A stretch of DNA of 64,000 bases, taken from assembly GCA_047601445.1 (NCBI GenBank), contig JASGJH010000001.1:7040001-7104000 (forward strand), read 5' to 3'. The DNA is from Myxococcales bacterium (lineage in GTDB: Bacteria; Myxococcota_A; Polyangia; Polyangiales; DASUME01). The notes beneath the pieces were generated by a model. That model ran no database searches and was not told the origin of the DNA. It saw only the letters and a list, made by a program, of their open reading frames with translations. This document shows, one piece after another, positions 47,639-58,086 of the stretch (the stretch's first letter is position 1; each line of letters opens with the position of its first letter). Both the position numbers and the translations under genes were made by a program.

Positions 47639-49561
47639 ATGAGCGATTCCAAGCACGAGGTGGCCCAGGCACGCGCAGCGGCCGAGTCGGCGCGCGAGAA
47701 GAAATGGGCCGGCGCGAGCTTCTTGCGCGAGCTCTTCATGGGCAGGTTCGAGCCCGATCTGCTGTTCGCTCCAGATGATCCGAGCGAGCCGCCGCCGCGT
47801 CCCGAGTTCCTGGACTTCTACGGGAAGCTCGAGGACTTCCTGATGGATACGGTGGATCCGGTGGAGATCGACGAGAGCGGAGAGTATCCACGCGAGGTGC
47901 TCGACGGACTGGCCGAACTCGGCGCGTTCGGTATGAAGATCTCGCGGGAGTACGGCGGCCTCGGACTCACCCACCGCGAATACGTGCGGGTGATGCAGAT
48001 GGTGGGCAGCCGTGACTCCAACATCACGGCCTTGCTCTCGGCCCATCAGGCCATCGGCGTGCCGCACCCGGTGCAGATGTTCGGCAGCGAGGACTTGAAG
48101 CGCAAGTACCTGCCACGCTGCGCGCGTGGTGCCATCTCGGCCTTCGCGCTCACCGAGGCGAGCGTGGGCTCCGATCCGAGCAAGCTCGCCACGCTGGCAC
48201 GCCCGAGCGCGGACGGGTCGCATTTCGTGCTCGATGGCCAAAAGCTGTGGTGCACCAATGGTACCTTGGCCGAGGTCATCGTGGTGCTCGCGCGTAACCC
48301 CGAGACCAACCGTATCAGCTGCTTCGTGGTGGAGATGGACTGGGAGGGCGTGCAAGTGGAGCACCGCTGCCACTTCATGGGCCTGCGCGCGCTGGGCAAC
48401 GGCGTGGTCAGCTTCGACGGCGTGCGCGTGCCGCGCGAGAATTTGGTAGGCGAGGAGGGCTCGGGGCTGCGCGTTGCGCTCGCGACGTTGAACACGGGGC
48501 GCTTGACGCTGCCGGCGGCCACGGCCGGCGGCGTGAAGGTGGCGCTCGAGATGTGTCGCAAGTGGGCCAACGCGCGCATCCAGTGGGGACAGCCCATCGT
48601 GAAGCACGAGGCCATCGCCCACGGGCTCACCGAGCTGGCTGCCACCAGCTACGCGATGGACGCCGTGGCCGAGGTGGTCGGGGCGCTCGCCGATCGCAAG
48701 GACCGCGACATCCGACTCGAGGCGGCGGCGGCCAAGGAATGGAACACGGTGCGCGCCTGGGACATGTACGATCGCGCGTTGCAGATCCGCGGTGGACGCG
48801 GCTACGAGACGGAGCGCTCCCTGGCGGCGCGCGGAGAGCCCGCACTGGGCATCGAGCGCATGCTGCGCGACGCGCGCATCAACCGCATCTTCGAGGGCTC
48901 GAGCGAGATCATGCACCTGTTCATCGCTCGCGAAGCGGTGGACAAGCACCTCGAGGTTACGCACAAGCTGCTCGATGCGAAGGTGAGCTTGGGCAACAAG
49001 CTACTGTCGCTGCCGGCGGTCGGGATCTTCTATCTGCTGTGGTATCCGCGCCTCTGGCTCGGCTTTACGTGGGCCAAGTATCACCAGTACGGCGCTCTCG
49101 GCACGCACCTGCGGTTCGCCGACCGGGCGAGCCGACGTCTGGCCCGCAACGTCTTCCACGGCATGCTGCGCTACGGCCCGGGTCTCGAACGCAAGCAGGG
49201 CTTCTTGTTCCGTGCGGTGGACGCAGCGCTCGAGCTATTCGCGCTCACGGCGGCCGTGATGCGTGCCCAGCGCCGGGAGGCGATCCAGCGCGGTGACCTC
49301 CAGGTGCTCGAGCACGTCGCCTTCCGGGCGCGCGAGCGCTTCGAAGAGGCGTTGCACCGCATGTGGCACAACGAAGACGCGGCGAGCTACGCCTTCGCAC
49401 AGCAACTCGGCAAGGGCCGTTTCGACTGGCTGGAGCATGGAGTGATCAACATTCCCTACGAGCAGGACGAGCTCAGGCCTGCGAGCATGGAGCAGATTTT
49501 GACCTCTCGCGGACACCGCGCGGAAGCCGCCGAGCAACCCGCCAAGCTCCAGCGTCACTGA
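47639..49561 (+). CDS. acyl-CoA dehydrogenase (long, ACAD9/VLCAD-like)
   Basis: AFALTEASVGSD, GQKLWCTNG, QIRGGRGY, RIFEGSSEI. Confidence 0.92.
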   Translation: MSDSKHEVAQARAAAESAREKKWAGASFLRELFMGRFEPDLLFAPDDPSEPPPRPEFLDFYGKLEDFLMDTVDPVEIDESGEYPREVLDGLAELGAFGMKISREYGGLGLTHREYVRVMQMVGSRDSNITALLSAHQAIGVPHPVQMFGSEDLKRKYLPRCARGAISAFALTEASVGSDPSKLATLARPSADGSHFVLDGQKLWCTNGTLAEVIVVLARNPETNRISCFVVEMDWEGVQVEHRCHFMGLRALGNGVVSFDGVRVPRENLVGEEGSGLRVALATLNTGRLTLPAATAGGVKVALEMCRKWANARIQWGQPIVKHEAIAHGLTELAATSYAMDAVAEVVGALADRKDRDIRLEAAAAKEWNTVRAWDMYDRALQIRGGRGYETERSLAARGEPALGIERMLRDARINRIFEGSSEIMHLFIAREAVDKHLEVTHKLLDAKVSLGNKLLSLPAVGIFYLLWYPRLWLGFTWAKYHQYGALGTHLRFADRASRRLARNVFHGMLRYGPGLERKQGFLFRAVDAALELFALTAAVMRAQRREAIQRGDLQVLEHVAFRARERFEEALHRMWHNEDAASYAFAQQLGKGRFDWLEHGVINIPYEQDELRPASMEQILTSRGHRAEAAEQPAKLQRH

Positions 49562-49620
49562 GACGGAGTGCGTGCTGGAAGAAGGTTCTCGACTCGATGT
49601 CGGGACCGGAGATGCGTTCA

Positions 49621-49780
49621 GCTCACGCACACCCGTCGCCGTTCAGGTCAAAGTCCAGTCGCCGACCAGGTCAAACGCGATGGCAGGCTGGTCCTCAGCG
49701 TCGCCCACGGGTGCCGATCGCGAGCGTGGTGGTGGTCTTGGACGACGACTTTGACCTGAACCGCGACGGTGTGCGCGAGC
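49621..49780. repeat. hairpin repeat family copy B
   Basis: GCTCACGCACACCCGTCGCCGTTCAGGTCAAAGTC ... GACTTTGACCTGAACCGCGACGGTGTGCGCGAGC. Confidence 0.85.
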
Positions 49781-49815
49781 GGCCCTCGGCGTCGTTCGTC
49801 TTTTCACGGCTCGCG

Positions 49816-50319
49816 TTACTCGAACGCGAAGTCCAGTACGTCGCCGATGCGGATGGGGCCGCCCTCGAGGACACGCGCGGTGATGCCGCCGTGTCCTCGC
49901 GTGGCGTTGTAGCCGCCTGTCCCAAGGACTTCTTCCATACGCGAGCAGGGATCGCAGGTGCCCGTCCCCTCGAGCAGTGCGCCGCCCAGGCGAAAGCGAC
50001 GAGCGCGCAGCGAGAGCACGCTGAAGCCTTCGATGACCAGGTTGCGCCGCAGCAGCAGTGGGTCGACCGTGCTGCGTCCACACAGTGCGGCGATGGTGGG
50101 CAGATGCTCCGCCTGAATCAAGGTTACCTGGCGTTTGCCCCCGCTGCGCTCGGCAGCGCGGTCACCCACGAGGCCTCGCTGCGTGAGGAGCTCGGCGCTC
50201 TCGACGACGTGCATGGACCCACGGTGTGACTCGCGCAGACCGATCCAGCGCAGGCGGCCAGGCTGGGCACGCTGCAGCATCAACTGTTGAACCAGGGGAC
50301 TGTCTTCGGAGTACGCCAT
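49816..50319 (-). CDS. MOSC domain protein
   Basis: GLVGDR, RQVTLIQAEH, LRRNLV, CDPCSRM, RGHGGITARV. Confidence 0.9.
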   Translation of the reverse strand: MAYSEDSPLVQQLMLQRAQPGRLRWIGLRESHRGSMHVVESAELLTQRGLVGDRAAERSGGKRQVTLIQAEHLPTIAALCGRSTVDPLLLRRNLVIEGFSVLSLRARRFRLGGALLEGTGTCDPCSRMEEVLGTGGYNATRGHGGITARVLEGGPIRIGDVLDFAFE

Positions 50320-50390
50320 GTCTCGTGCGGCTTTGCATGGAGCGCGGGCTCCCCCGCATGTCTACGCCAGGCTCGACGTCGGCTCCAGCG

Positions 50391-50942
50391 CTATTCCTGC
50401 GGCATCCAGGATACCGTGAGTACGAAGCTCATCGACGCAATCTCCACGCTGCCCGTGGTCTCGTCCGAATCGGGCAGCGCTGGGTCAGCGCAGTGTAGGC
50501 TCCCCTCCAGGCGGTAGACCTTGGAACCGAGCTCGCCCGGCCCCACGTATTCGTGCTTGGTCACCTTGGCCTCGCATTCCTCGGCGACCCACTGTTGGCG
50601 CTCTGGCGCGGCGAACCCAAACACTGCCCATTGCGAGCCGGTCTCGCCCTCTGCGATGCCAGGTAGCTGGAGCTCGGCGGCGCTGATATCGTCCCGATCA
50701 GCGAAGTAGAAGCTGGCGTCGATGCCGAGGCCCGAGCTGTTCTCCACCAAGCAGCCTGGGCCCGAGGACGGGCCGAGGTTCAAGGCGACGGCGCCCCGTG
50801 TGCGTAGCGCGAGGCCACAGGTGGTGTCCGCCGAAAACATCACGGAGCCACCTGAGTCGGCGTCGCCGTCATCGCCGCAGCCCAGGGAGCACAGCGTGAG
50901 TGTGGACAGGAGAGCAGCGCACAACCGGGAGCTGGTTCGCAT
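50391..50942 (-). CDS. hypothetical lipoprotein
   Basis: SLGC lipobox followed by GDDGD. Confidence 0.65.
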   Translation of the reverse strand: MRTSSRLCAALLSTLTLCSLGCGDDGDADSGGSVMFSADTTCGLALRTRGAVALNLGPSSGPGCLVENSSGLGIDASFYFADRDDISAAELQLPGIAEGETGSQWAVFGFAAPERQQWVAEECEAKVTKHEYVGPGELGSKVYRLEGSLHCADPALPDSDETTGSVEIASMSFVLTVSWMPQE

Positions 50943-50972
50943 GACGCCGATGGTACACCAGGTCCGACGCGC

Positions 50973-51842
50973 TCAGCTTTGCCCTTCACCCAGATCCAGC
51001 GCGAGCTGGCGTCCCGCCATTCGGGCCGCGGCCTCTTCCGCCTTGGGCCACGGCGGTAATGGCGGCAACCCTAGTGCTTCACGCACCGGCCCAAAGGAGC
51101 GGCGATGGATGGCGCAGGCGCCGAGCTTGGCCAGCGCCCGCGTGTGCTCTGCGACGGGATAGCCCTTGTGCTTCGCGAAGCCGTAACCGGGGTAGGTGGT
51201 GTCGAGCTCGCCCATGAGCGCATCGCGCGCGGTCTTGGCCAGGATGGAGGCCGCGGCGATGGACAAGCTCTTTTGGTCGCCCTTCACGATGGCCTGCTGC
51301 GGGATGTCGAGGTGCTTGAGCTTGCGCGCGTCGAGCAGCAGATGCTGCGGGATGACACCGAGCTGCTCCACGGCGCGTTGCATGGCCAACAGTCCTGCCC
51401 AGTAGATGTTCATGCGGTCGATCTCCTCGACCTCCGCGAAGCCCACGGCCCACGCCACGCTCTCCTGCTTGATGATCACCGCCAGGCGATCGCGCGTGGC
51501 GGCGTCGAGCTTCTTGGAATCATCGATCTCGCGCAATCGCGCCCCCGGCGCGAAGATCACCGCTGCGGCGGCCACCGGACCTGCGAGTGGGCTCATGCCG
51601 GCTTCGTCGATGCCTGCGACGTGGATCACCCCCTGCTCCCACAGCTCGCTCTCGTAGCGCAGGATGTGCCGCACCCGCTGTCCCTCGGATCGGTGCTCGC
51701 GCCGCCGGCGTTCCACAGCGCGCAGGATGGCCTGGGCTCCCGGGCGCGGATCCGCGCGTAGAGCGGCTTCGATGGCGGATTCGAGCGGGCGGCCGTCGAT
51801 GATGTAGCGCTTACGTAGCTCGCTGAGGACGAGACGGGTCAC
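50973..51842 (-). CDS. rnhB: ribonuclease HII
   Basis: [47 protein letters not shown]. Confidence 0.93.
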   Translation of the reverse strand: MTRLVLSELRKRYIIDGRPLESAIEAALRADPRPGAQAILRAVERRRREHRSEGQRVRHILRYESELWEQGVIHVAGIDEAGMSPLAGPVAAAAVIFAPGARLREIDDSKKLDAATRDRLAVIIKQESVAWAVGFAEVEEIDRMNIYWAGLLAMQRAVEQLGVIPQHLLLDARKLKHLDIPQQAIVKGDQKSLSIAAASILAKTARDALMGELDTTYPGYGFAKHKGYPVAEHTRALAKLGACAIHRRSFGPVREALGLPPLPPWPKAEEAAARMAGRQLALDLGEGQS

Positions 51843-52238
51843 GCCGGGAGCTTACAACTCTCGGGGGCGCCATGCCGCTCGGGCAGCAGAGCCTGCAGGG
51901 GGCGGCCGCAAGTTTTCTGGGCGACCTGGGAGCGCCCAGGGGGGACTACGACCCTCTGAAGGAGACGGGCACCGAAGGAACGCGGTGCCGACTCAGTGCC
52001 AGTTCTGCTGGCGGCACCAGCACGAGGCTTGTTCGAGGCGCAGTTTGGCTGCTTTCGAAGGGGCGCGGCAGTGGCGCGCCTCTGGCGTCTTAAGTTGATC
52101 GAGAGAGGAAGCAAGCCGCAGATCTCGGTCGGGTCTCGCGTCTCGAACCGGGCGTTGCCTTTCAGCGCGCGTTGAACACGCGATCATCGCGCGATCTCGC
52201 CGGCGCAGCGCAGCGCGGTGACGCTGCGGAGTCGTTCG

Positions 52239-53132
52239 ATGGGAGCTTTTGCAAAATACGAGCCGCTCGATCCGCGAGCACGGGTTCGCGCCCTGCGCCC
52301 CGTCAAGGCCCTGACCGCGCCCAAGGATCCCATGGTGTTGCTGCACCCGTTCGCCCTCTGCACGGAGGTCTGGAGACAGATTCTTCCGGCCCTCGAGGAG
52401 CACCACGAGGTATTCCCGCTCAAGCTGCCGGGGCATATGGGAGGCTGCCCGTACCCGCGGGATTTGGAGCACAGCATCGAGCACTTGACCGATCTCGTGG
52501 AGGCGCAGTTGAACGAGAAACACCTGGCCAGAGCGCATCTCGTGGGGAGCTCGCTCGGAGGCTGGCTCGCGCTCGAGTTGGCGCGGAGGGGGCGCGCCTT
52601 GTCGGTCGTCGCCTTCGCGCCCGGCGGCGGTTGGCGCTTCGGCAGCGCGGAGCACCGCCGCCTGGTGAGAAAGTTCAGGCTGGTGCAGCGGCTGGTTCGG
52701 CTCGCGGGGCCGCGCGCCGCCTTGCTTGGCTCGAGTAGTCTCGTGCGTCGTCTGTTTCTCAACGACGCGGTGGTTCAGCCCACGCTGCTCTCGCCGCTCG
52801 AAGCGGCGCTCTTCATCGAGGCGGCCTGGCGCTGCACGGCCTTCTCCGCCGTGTGCGCGGCGCTACCCACGCAAGCGTTGACCGAGCCCTTCACGCCGAC
52901 ATGCCCGGTGCGCATCGTCTGGGGCGACAAGGACCGGCTCCTTCCGCTGCATGGCTATTCGGAGCACTGGCGGAACGCACTGCCCGAGGCGGAGTGGGTG
53001 GTGCTGCACGGAGTGGGTCACCTGCCCATGTACGACGATCCCACCACCGTCGTGAACGTCATCCTCAGCTTGACCAGGGCCGAACTCGAAACGAGTCGGG
53101 CGCGTGCGAGAAGGCACCGCGGCGCGTGCTAG
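52239..53132 (+). CDS. alpha/beta fold hydrolase
   Basis: VGSSLGG, WGDKDRLL, GVGHLP. Confidence 0.88.
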   Translation: MGAFAKYEPLDPRARVRALRPVKALTAPKDPMVLLHPFALCTEVWRQILPALEEHHEVFPLKLPGHMGGCPYPRDLEHSIEHLTDLVEAQLNEKHLARAHLVGSSLGGWLALELARRGRALSVVAFAPGGGWRFGSAEHRRLVRKFRLVQRLVRLAGPRAALLGSSSLVRRLFLNDAVVQPTLLSPLEAALFIEAAWRCTAFSAVCAALPTQALTEPFTPTCPVRIVWGDKDRLLPLHGYSEHWRNALPEAEWVVLHGVGHLPMYDDPTTVVNVILSLTRAELETSRARARRHRGAC

Positions 53133-53896
53133 CCGAGTAGCGCGGCCATCGCCCGGCGCGTGAGCGCGCGCGGCAACCACTGGGCGGCTTGCACCATCAC
53201 CTTGTTGGACAAACCCGGTACACAAATCACAGCGCGCTGGTCCCAGGCTCGCAGCGCCGCCTTGGCCACCGCCTCGGGGCTCATCAGCGGGGTCTTCTCC
53301 ATCACTGCCTGCATGCCGGCGACTTCGCCGAACTCGCTCGCGGTGGCACCCGGGCACACTGCCAGGGTATGCACGCCCGTGCCGCGTAGCTCTTCTGATA
53401 GAGCTTCGGTGAAAGACAGCAGGAACGCCTTGGTTCCACCGTAGACCGCGAGCTTGGGCGTGGGATAGAAGCCGCCTGTGGAGGTGACCACCAACACTCC
53501 GCCCGCCTTGTTGGCGATCATGGCGGGCAGCAGGCGATGGGTGAGCTCCACGCTGACCAGGGCATTGAGCCGGACTTGCTTGGCGATCAGCTCGGCCGGT
53601 GTGTCCACGAAACGCGCGAACGCGCCGAGCCCCGCATTGTTGACGAGCAGCTCTGCGCCGCCGAGCGCCTCCACGCGCTGGGTGATGCGATCGACTGCAC
53701 CATCGCTCACCAGATCCTCGACGCACGGAATCACGGCTCCCTGCGTTTCCTGCTGGAGCGCTTCGAGGCGCTCTGCGCGTCGCGCCACGGCGAGCACGCG
53801 ATAGGCGCGCGCCGCAAGTTCCCTTGTCAGCGCCGCGCCGATGCCGGCCGACGCTCCGGTGACCACTGCGAGAGGTCGTTCGAGTCGATTTTGCAT
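53129..53896 (-). CDS. short-chain dehydrogenase/reductase
   Basis: TGASAGIG, NNAG, YGGTK. Confidence 0.93.
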   Translation of the reverse strand: MQNRLERPLAVVTGASAGIGAALTRELAARAYRVLAVARRAERLEALQQETQGAVIPCVEDLVSDGAVDRITQRVEALGGAELLVNNAGLGAFARFVDTPAELIAKQVRLNALVSVELTHRLLPAMIANKAGGVLVVTSTGGFYPTPKLAVYGGTKAFLLSFTEALSEELRGTGVHTLAVCPGATASEFGEVAGMQAVMEKTPLMSPEAVAKAALRAWDQRAVICVPGLSNKVMVQAAQWLPRALTRRAMAALLG

Positions 53897-54078
53897 GCTC
53901 CCCCGGTTCGCAAAATGAATCCGCAGTCTGTAAACGGTCCGTTCTGAGAGTTCAAGGCCGACGTTGCTCGAGCTCTGGGGCTGCAGCGGTCGCAGCAAAG
54001 GGCGCTCGACCCTCGGCCGCTAGAGCAAGCACTGGCGTGCGCGCGACGGTGCGGGACTTTCGCGTGCTAGCGTCGAGA

Positions 54079-54681
54079 GTGAGCTCGCCGAATCCACCCG
54101 CAGCGCCGTCGACTGGGACCAGCTTGCTCGAGCAGCTCCGCGAGACGACGCGGGGCCAGCATGAGGCGCTCGATCAATCGGTGGTTCCGCCGGGTGAAGC
54201 TCTCACACGCGAGCGCTACGCGGCGCTCTTGCTGGGCAGCTTCGCGGTGTTGCGGGTGCTGGAGGAGCGTCTCGAGCGCTGGTTCCATGCGTTCTCCGCG
54301 CCTTCGCGCAAGCAATGTCTCGAGTTGGATCTGAGCGACCTGGACGTAGCAGTCGCGGTGCCCACGGTGCTCGTGCCAGAGGTGGGCAGTTTGGCGGCGG
54401 CCTTCGGTTGCGCCTACGTGGTGGAGGGCTCGGCCCTCGGCGGGCTCGTGATGGCCCGGAGCCTGCGCAGTGCTTTCGGGCCCGAGCTGCGCGCGCTGCG
54501 CTACTTGACACTGCGAGCCGAAGACACGGGCAAGCACTTCCGGAGCTTTTGTCGCGAGCTCGACGCGTGGGGAACCGGAGCCACACCCGCGGAGCGCGAC
54601 CAGGCCTGTACCGCAGCGAGCGCGACCTTCGACGCCTACGCCGCCGGGATCGAGGCAGCCCGCACGCAGCTCAGGGGGTAA
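54079..54681 (+). CDS. biliverdin-producing heme oxygenase (BphO/HemO-like)
   Basis: LRETTRGQHEALD; GCAYVVEGSALGG. Confidence 0.85.
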   Translation: MSSPNPPAAPSTGTSLLEQLRETTRGQHEALDQSVVPPGEALTRERYAALLLGSFAVLRVLEERLERWFHAFSAPSRKQCLELDLSDLDVAVAVPTVLVPEVGSLAAAFGCAYVVEGSALGGLVMARSLRSAFGPELRALRYLTLRAEDTGKHFRSFCRELDAWGTGATPAERDQACTAASATFDAYAAGIEAARTQLRG

Positions 54682-54682
54682 G

Positions 54683-54809
54683 GGAGGGCGGGGATGGCGC
54701 GTGCCCTCTTTCGGGAGAAGGGGAGAGCACTCGTGAGCGGAGCGAACCTCGCGGTGGGGTGGGCCCCTGCGCGGCTCTGCCGCGGAGGGCGGGGATGGCG
54801 CGTGCCCTC
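54683..54809. repeat. 26-bp exact direct repeat, each copy a hairpin (REP-like)
   Basis: GGAGGGCGGGGATGGCGCGTGCCCTC at 54683-54708 and 54784-54809. Confidence 0.85.
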
Positions 54810-54817
54810 CCCGAGAA

Positions 54818-55243
54818 TTAGTGCGCCATCTCGAGGCCGCGCTTGATGCCGTCGAGTCCCTGCGCGATGAAGTCCACCACGCGGTCCACGCCCTCCGCAT
54901 CGGTGCCGTTGGTCACGTCGAAGTGCACGGTCCACGTGAGGAGGCTCGTGTGATCGGAGAGCTCATCGACGTGTAGTTCACCGGTGTAGTTCGTGACTGG
55001 CAAGCCCGAGCGTTGGAGTGTGTAGCGGTACGTGTGATGTTCCGGATCCATTTCGTCGAGCCGCTCCACCTGACGCATGCCGTCGCGTGTCTCGTAGTGA
55101 CGGAGCGCGCCGGGTTCGTTCCCGAGACTCTCGCCCCGCGCGAGCAGTGGATGCCAGGCCGCGATGTCCCCGAAGTGGCCGACTTTGCGCCAGAGCTCGT
55201 GGATATCGATCGGGATGTGCGTGCTCACGCTCACATTGTTCAT
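54818..55243 (-). CDS. SRPBCC/polyketide cyclase-like (MxaD-like) protein
   Basis: LWRKVGHFGDIAAWHP..ERL..YRY..LPVTNY; AAGGGGAG RBS. Confidence 0.85.
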   Translation of the reverse strand: MNNVSVSTHIPIDIHELWRKVGHFGDIAAWHPLLARGESLGNEPGALRHYETRDGMRQVERLDEMDPEHHTYRYTLQRSGLPVTNYTGELHVDELSDHTSLLTWTVHFDVTNGTDAEGVDRVVDFIAQGLDGIKRGLEMAH

Positions 55244-55390
55244 TGGCCATCTCCCCTTCGGCGAGAGAGGTGAACACGGAGGCAGGTACGGCCAATCCCG
55301 TGAGCAGGGATACTGGCAGGGCGCTTAAGCGCACGGAGGGCGCTGTCGGCCGAGGCTCCGAGAGGGAGGGGAGAGCGTGCTTCAATGTTT

Positions 55391-55472
55391 GAGTCGTACG
55401 CGTGCCCGTGCCCGTACCGCGATCCTCCTACGACGGAGAGGGCGTTTACGGGCACGGGTACGCGTACGACTC
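55391..55472. repeat. 26-bp-arm hairpin with hexamer periodicity
   Basis: GAGTCGTACGCGTGCCCGTGCCCGTA / TACGGGCACGGGTACGCGTACGACTC, one mismatch. Confidence 0.85.
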
Positions 55473-55510
55473 ACAAGAAGTTGGGCCGCGAGAGGCCCTC
55501 CCGCTGATGC

Positions 55511-56995
55511 TCAGCCGCCGACGGAGATTTGCTTCATCGCGGTCATGTAGCCGCGCAGGACCGCGCCAATCTTCTCCACCGGGTGATTCTCGATGGCCTG
55601 GTTGATCTGCAGCAGCTTGCGGTTGTCCACCTGCTGGCTGCCAGCCGCGAAGGCCTTGCCGATCACGTCGGTCTTCTGCTTGGCCATGAAGTCCTTGAGC
55701 AGCGGGACCGCGGCGTGGCTGAACAGGTAGCAGCCGTACTCGGCCGTGTCGCTGATGACCTTGTTCATCTCGTAGAGCTTCTTGCGCGAGATGAGGTTGG
55801 CGATGAGGGGCGTCTCGTGTAGCGACTCGTAGTAGGCAGACTCGGGCTTCATGCCGACTTCCACCATGCACTCGAAGGCGAGCTCGACGCCTGCCTTGAC
55901 CATGGCCACCATCAACACGCCGTGGTCGAAGTACTCCTGCTCGGAGATCTTCGCGGAGCCCGCGGGCGTGCGCTCAAAGGAGGTGTCGTTGGTGGCGGCG
56001 CGCCAGCCGAGCAGGTTCTTATCGCCGGCGTCCCAGTCCTTCATCATGGTCTCGCTGAAGAAACCCGTGATGATGTCGTCCTGGTGCTTCTTGAACAGCG
56101 GGCGCATCAGGGTGCGCAGCTCTTCGGAGAGCTCGAAGGCCTTGACCTTGGCCGGGTTGCTGAGGCGATCCATCATCAGCGTGATGCCGCCCTGCTTGAG
56201 CGCCTCGGTGATGGTCTCCCAGCCGAACTGCACGAGCTTGCTCGCGTAGCCGGCGTCGATGCCCTCGGCCACCATCTTGTCGAAGCACAGCAGCGAGCCC
56301 GTCTGCAGCATGCCGCACAGGATGGTCTGCTCGCCCATCAGGTCGCTCTTGACCTCCGCCACGAAGCTCGACTCGAGCACCCCTGCGCGGTCGCCACCGG
56401 TGGCCGCCGCGTAGGCCTTGGCGATCTCGAGACCGTCGCCGTTGGGGTCGTTCTCCTTGTGCACCGCGATCAGCGTGGGCACGCCGAAGCCGCGCTTGTA
56501 CTCCTCGCGCACCTCGGTGCCGGGACACTTGGGGGCCACCATCACCACGGTGAGATCCTTGCGGATGGCCTGGCCTTCTTCGACGACGTTGAAGCCGTGG
56601 CTGTAGCCGAGCGTGGCGCCCTTCTTCATCAGCGGCATGACCTTGGACACCACGTCGGCGTGCTGCTTGTCGGGCGCCAGGTTGCACACCAGGTCGGCGC
56701 TCGGGATGAGCTCTTCGTAGGTGCCGACCTTGAAGCCGTTGCTGGTGGCGTTGTTGTAGCTGGCACGCTTCTGCTCGATAGCGTCGGCGCGCAGCGCGTA
56801 GCTCACGTCGAGGCCGGAGTCGCGCATGTTGAGACCCTGGTTCAGGCCCTGGGCGCCGCAGCCCACGATCACGACCTTCTTGCCACGAAGCTTCTCCACG
56901 CCGTTGAACTCGTTGCGCTCCATGAAGCGGCACTTGCCGAGCTGGTCCAGCTTGCCGGCCATGGTGAGGGTGTTGAAGTAGTTCTGACGCGACAT
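55511..56995 (-). CDS. ilvC: ketol-acid reductoisomerase, long (class II) form
   Basis: [45 protein letters not shown]; about 494 aa. Confidence 0.97.
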   Translation of the reverse strand: MSRQNYFNTLTMAGKLDQLGKCRFMERNEFNGVEKLRGKKVVIVGCGAQGLNQGLNMRDSGLDVSYALRADAIEQKRASYNNATSNGFKVGTYEELIPSADLVCNLAPDKQHADVVSKVMPLMKKGATLGYSHGFNVVEEGQAIRKDLTVVMVAPKCPGTEVREEYKRGFGVPTLIAVHKENDPNGDGLEIAKAYAAATGGDRAGVLESSFVAEVKSDLMGEQTILCGMLQTGSLLCFDKMVAEGIDAGYASKLVQFGWETITEALKQGGITLMMDRLSNPAKVKAFELSEELRTLMRPLFKKHQDDIITGFFSETMMKDWDAGDKNLLGWRAATNDTSFERTPAGSAKISEQEYFDHGVLMVAMVKAGVELAFECMVEVGMKPESAYYESLHETPLIANLISRKKLYEMNKVISDTAEYGCYLFSHAAVPLLKDFMAKQKTDVIGKAFAAGSQQVDNRKLLQINQAIENHPVEKIGAVLRGYMTAMKQISVGG

Positions 56996-57100
56996 GTCGA
57001 TCTCTCCGGGTAGGGCAGCCCGAGTGGGGCGGCCGTCAGACTGTATAGACCGCGCCGGGGCCGGATCAACATTGCGCTTGCGCCTATTTTGGGTACCCTC

Positions 57101-57119
57101 AATTGCGTTTTTCGCAATT
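57101..57119. promoter_or_regulatory. LysR/IlvY operator
   Basis: AATTGCG-TTTTT-CGCAATT palindrome containing T-N11-A, abutting the ilvY ATG. Confidence 0.75.
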
Positions 57120-58019
57120 ATGACCAACACCCTGCAAGACGAGCTCACCGCCTTCCTGCACGTGGCGGAGAGCTTACATTTCGCCCGCAGCGCGAAGGCC
57201 CTGCACATGAGCCCGTCGGCGCTCACGCGGGCCATCCAGCGGCTCGAGAGCGAGCTCGGGCACCAGCTGTTCGAGCGTCAGAAACGCAGCGTACGGCTCA
57301 CCCGGGCCGGCGAAATCTTTCGGGACCATGCCCGCGCCCAGAAGGCTGCCCAGGCACGTCTGCTGGAGGCGCTGGCGGCCGAAAAGCAGGCTCCCACCGG
57401 GGAGTTGCGCATCGCGTGCACGGTGACCGCCAGCTACTCGCTTCTGCCCAAGCTGCTGGCACGCTGCCGCGCACGCTACCCCGGCATTCATCTGCAACTG
57501 AGCACCTCGGATGCCGCCCGCTGCTTGCAGCGTCTCGAGAACGAGGAGGTCGACGTGGCCGTGGTGCCCGAGCCCGACCGTCCCGCAAGTGAGCTCCGCT
57601 TCGTGCGCCTGGCCGAGACCGAGCTCACCTTCATCGCTCCCAGCGTCGACCGAGAGCTCTCGCGACGCGCGCGTCTCGGCGGAGCGCAATGGAACGGGCT
57701 GCCCGTGATTCTGCCGCGCCGCGGCCTCGAGCGGGACCGCTTCGACCTGTGGCTCGAGCAACAGTCGGCGCGACCCGAGGTGTACGCGGAGGTCGAGGGC
57801 AACGAGGCCATCCTCTCCATGGTTGCCCTCGGCTGCGGTGTGGGCATCGTGCCGGAGCTGGTGCTGCGCGATAGCCCCTTGCGAGGGCGCGTCGAGCGCG
57901 TGAGCGTGGCGCGGCCACCACGTGGATTTCACGTGTCCCTGTGCGCCAAGGACAAGACGCTCACGCGTCGCACGGCCGCGGCGTTGTGGGAGTTGGCCCC
58001 AGCCAGCGCACAGCTTTGA
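57120..58019 (+). CDS. ilvY: LysR-type regulator IlvY
   Basis: [42 protein letters not shown]; divergent from ilvC. Confidence 0.9.
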   Translation: MTNTLQDELTAFLHVAESLHFARSAKALHMSPSALTRAIQRLESELGHQLFERQKRSVRLTRAGEIFRDHARAQKAAQARLLEALAAEKQAPTGELRIACTVTASYSLLPKLLARCRARYPGIHLQLSTSDAARCLQRLENEEVDVAVVPEPDRPASELRFVRLAETELTFIAPSVDRELSRRARLGGAQWNGLPVILPRRGLERDRFDLWLEQQSARPEVYAEVEGNEAILSMVALGCGVGIVPELVLRDSPLRGRVERVSVARPPRGFHVSLCAKDKTLTRRTAAALWELAPASAQL

Positions 58020-58086
58020 GGTAGAGGTTCGGCTTCGACGGTCGCGAAAGAAAGAGCGCCAAAAAAGAAAAAGCGTCAAAGGTCGA

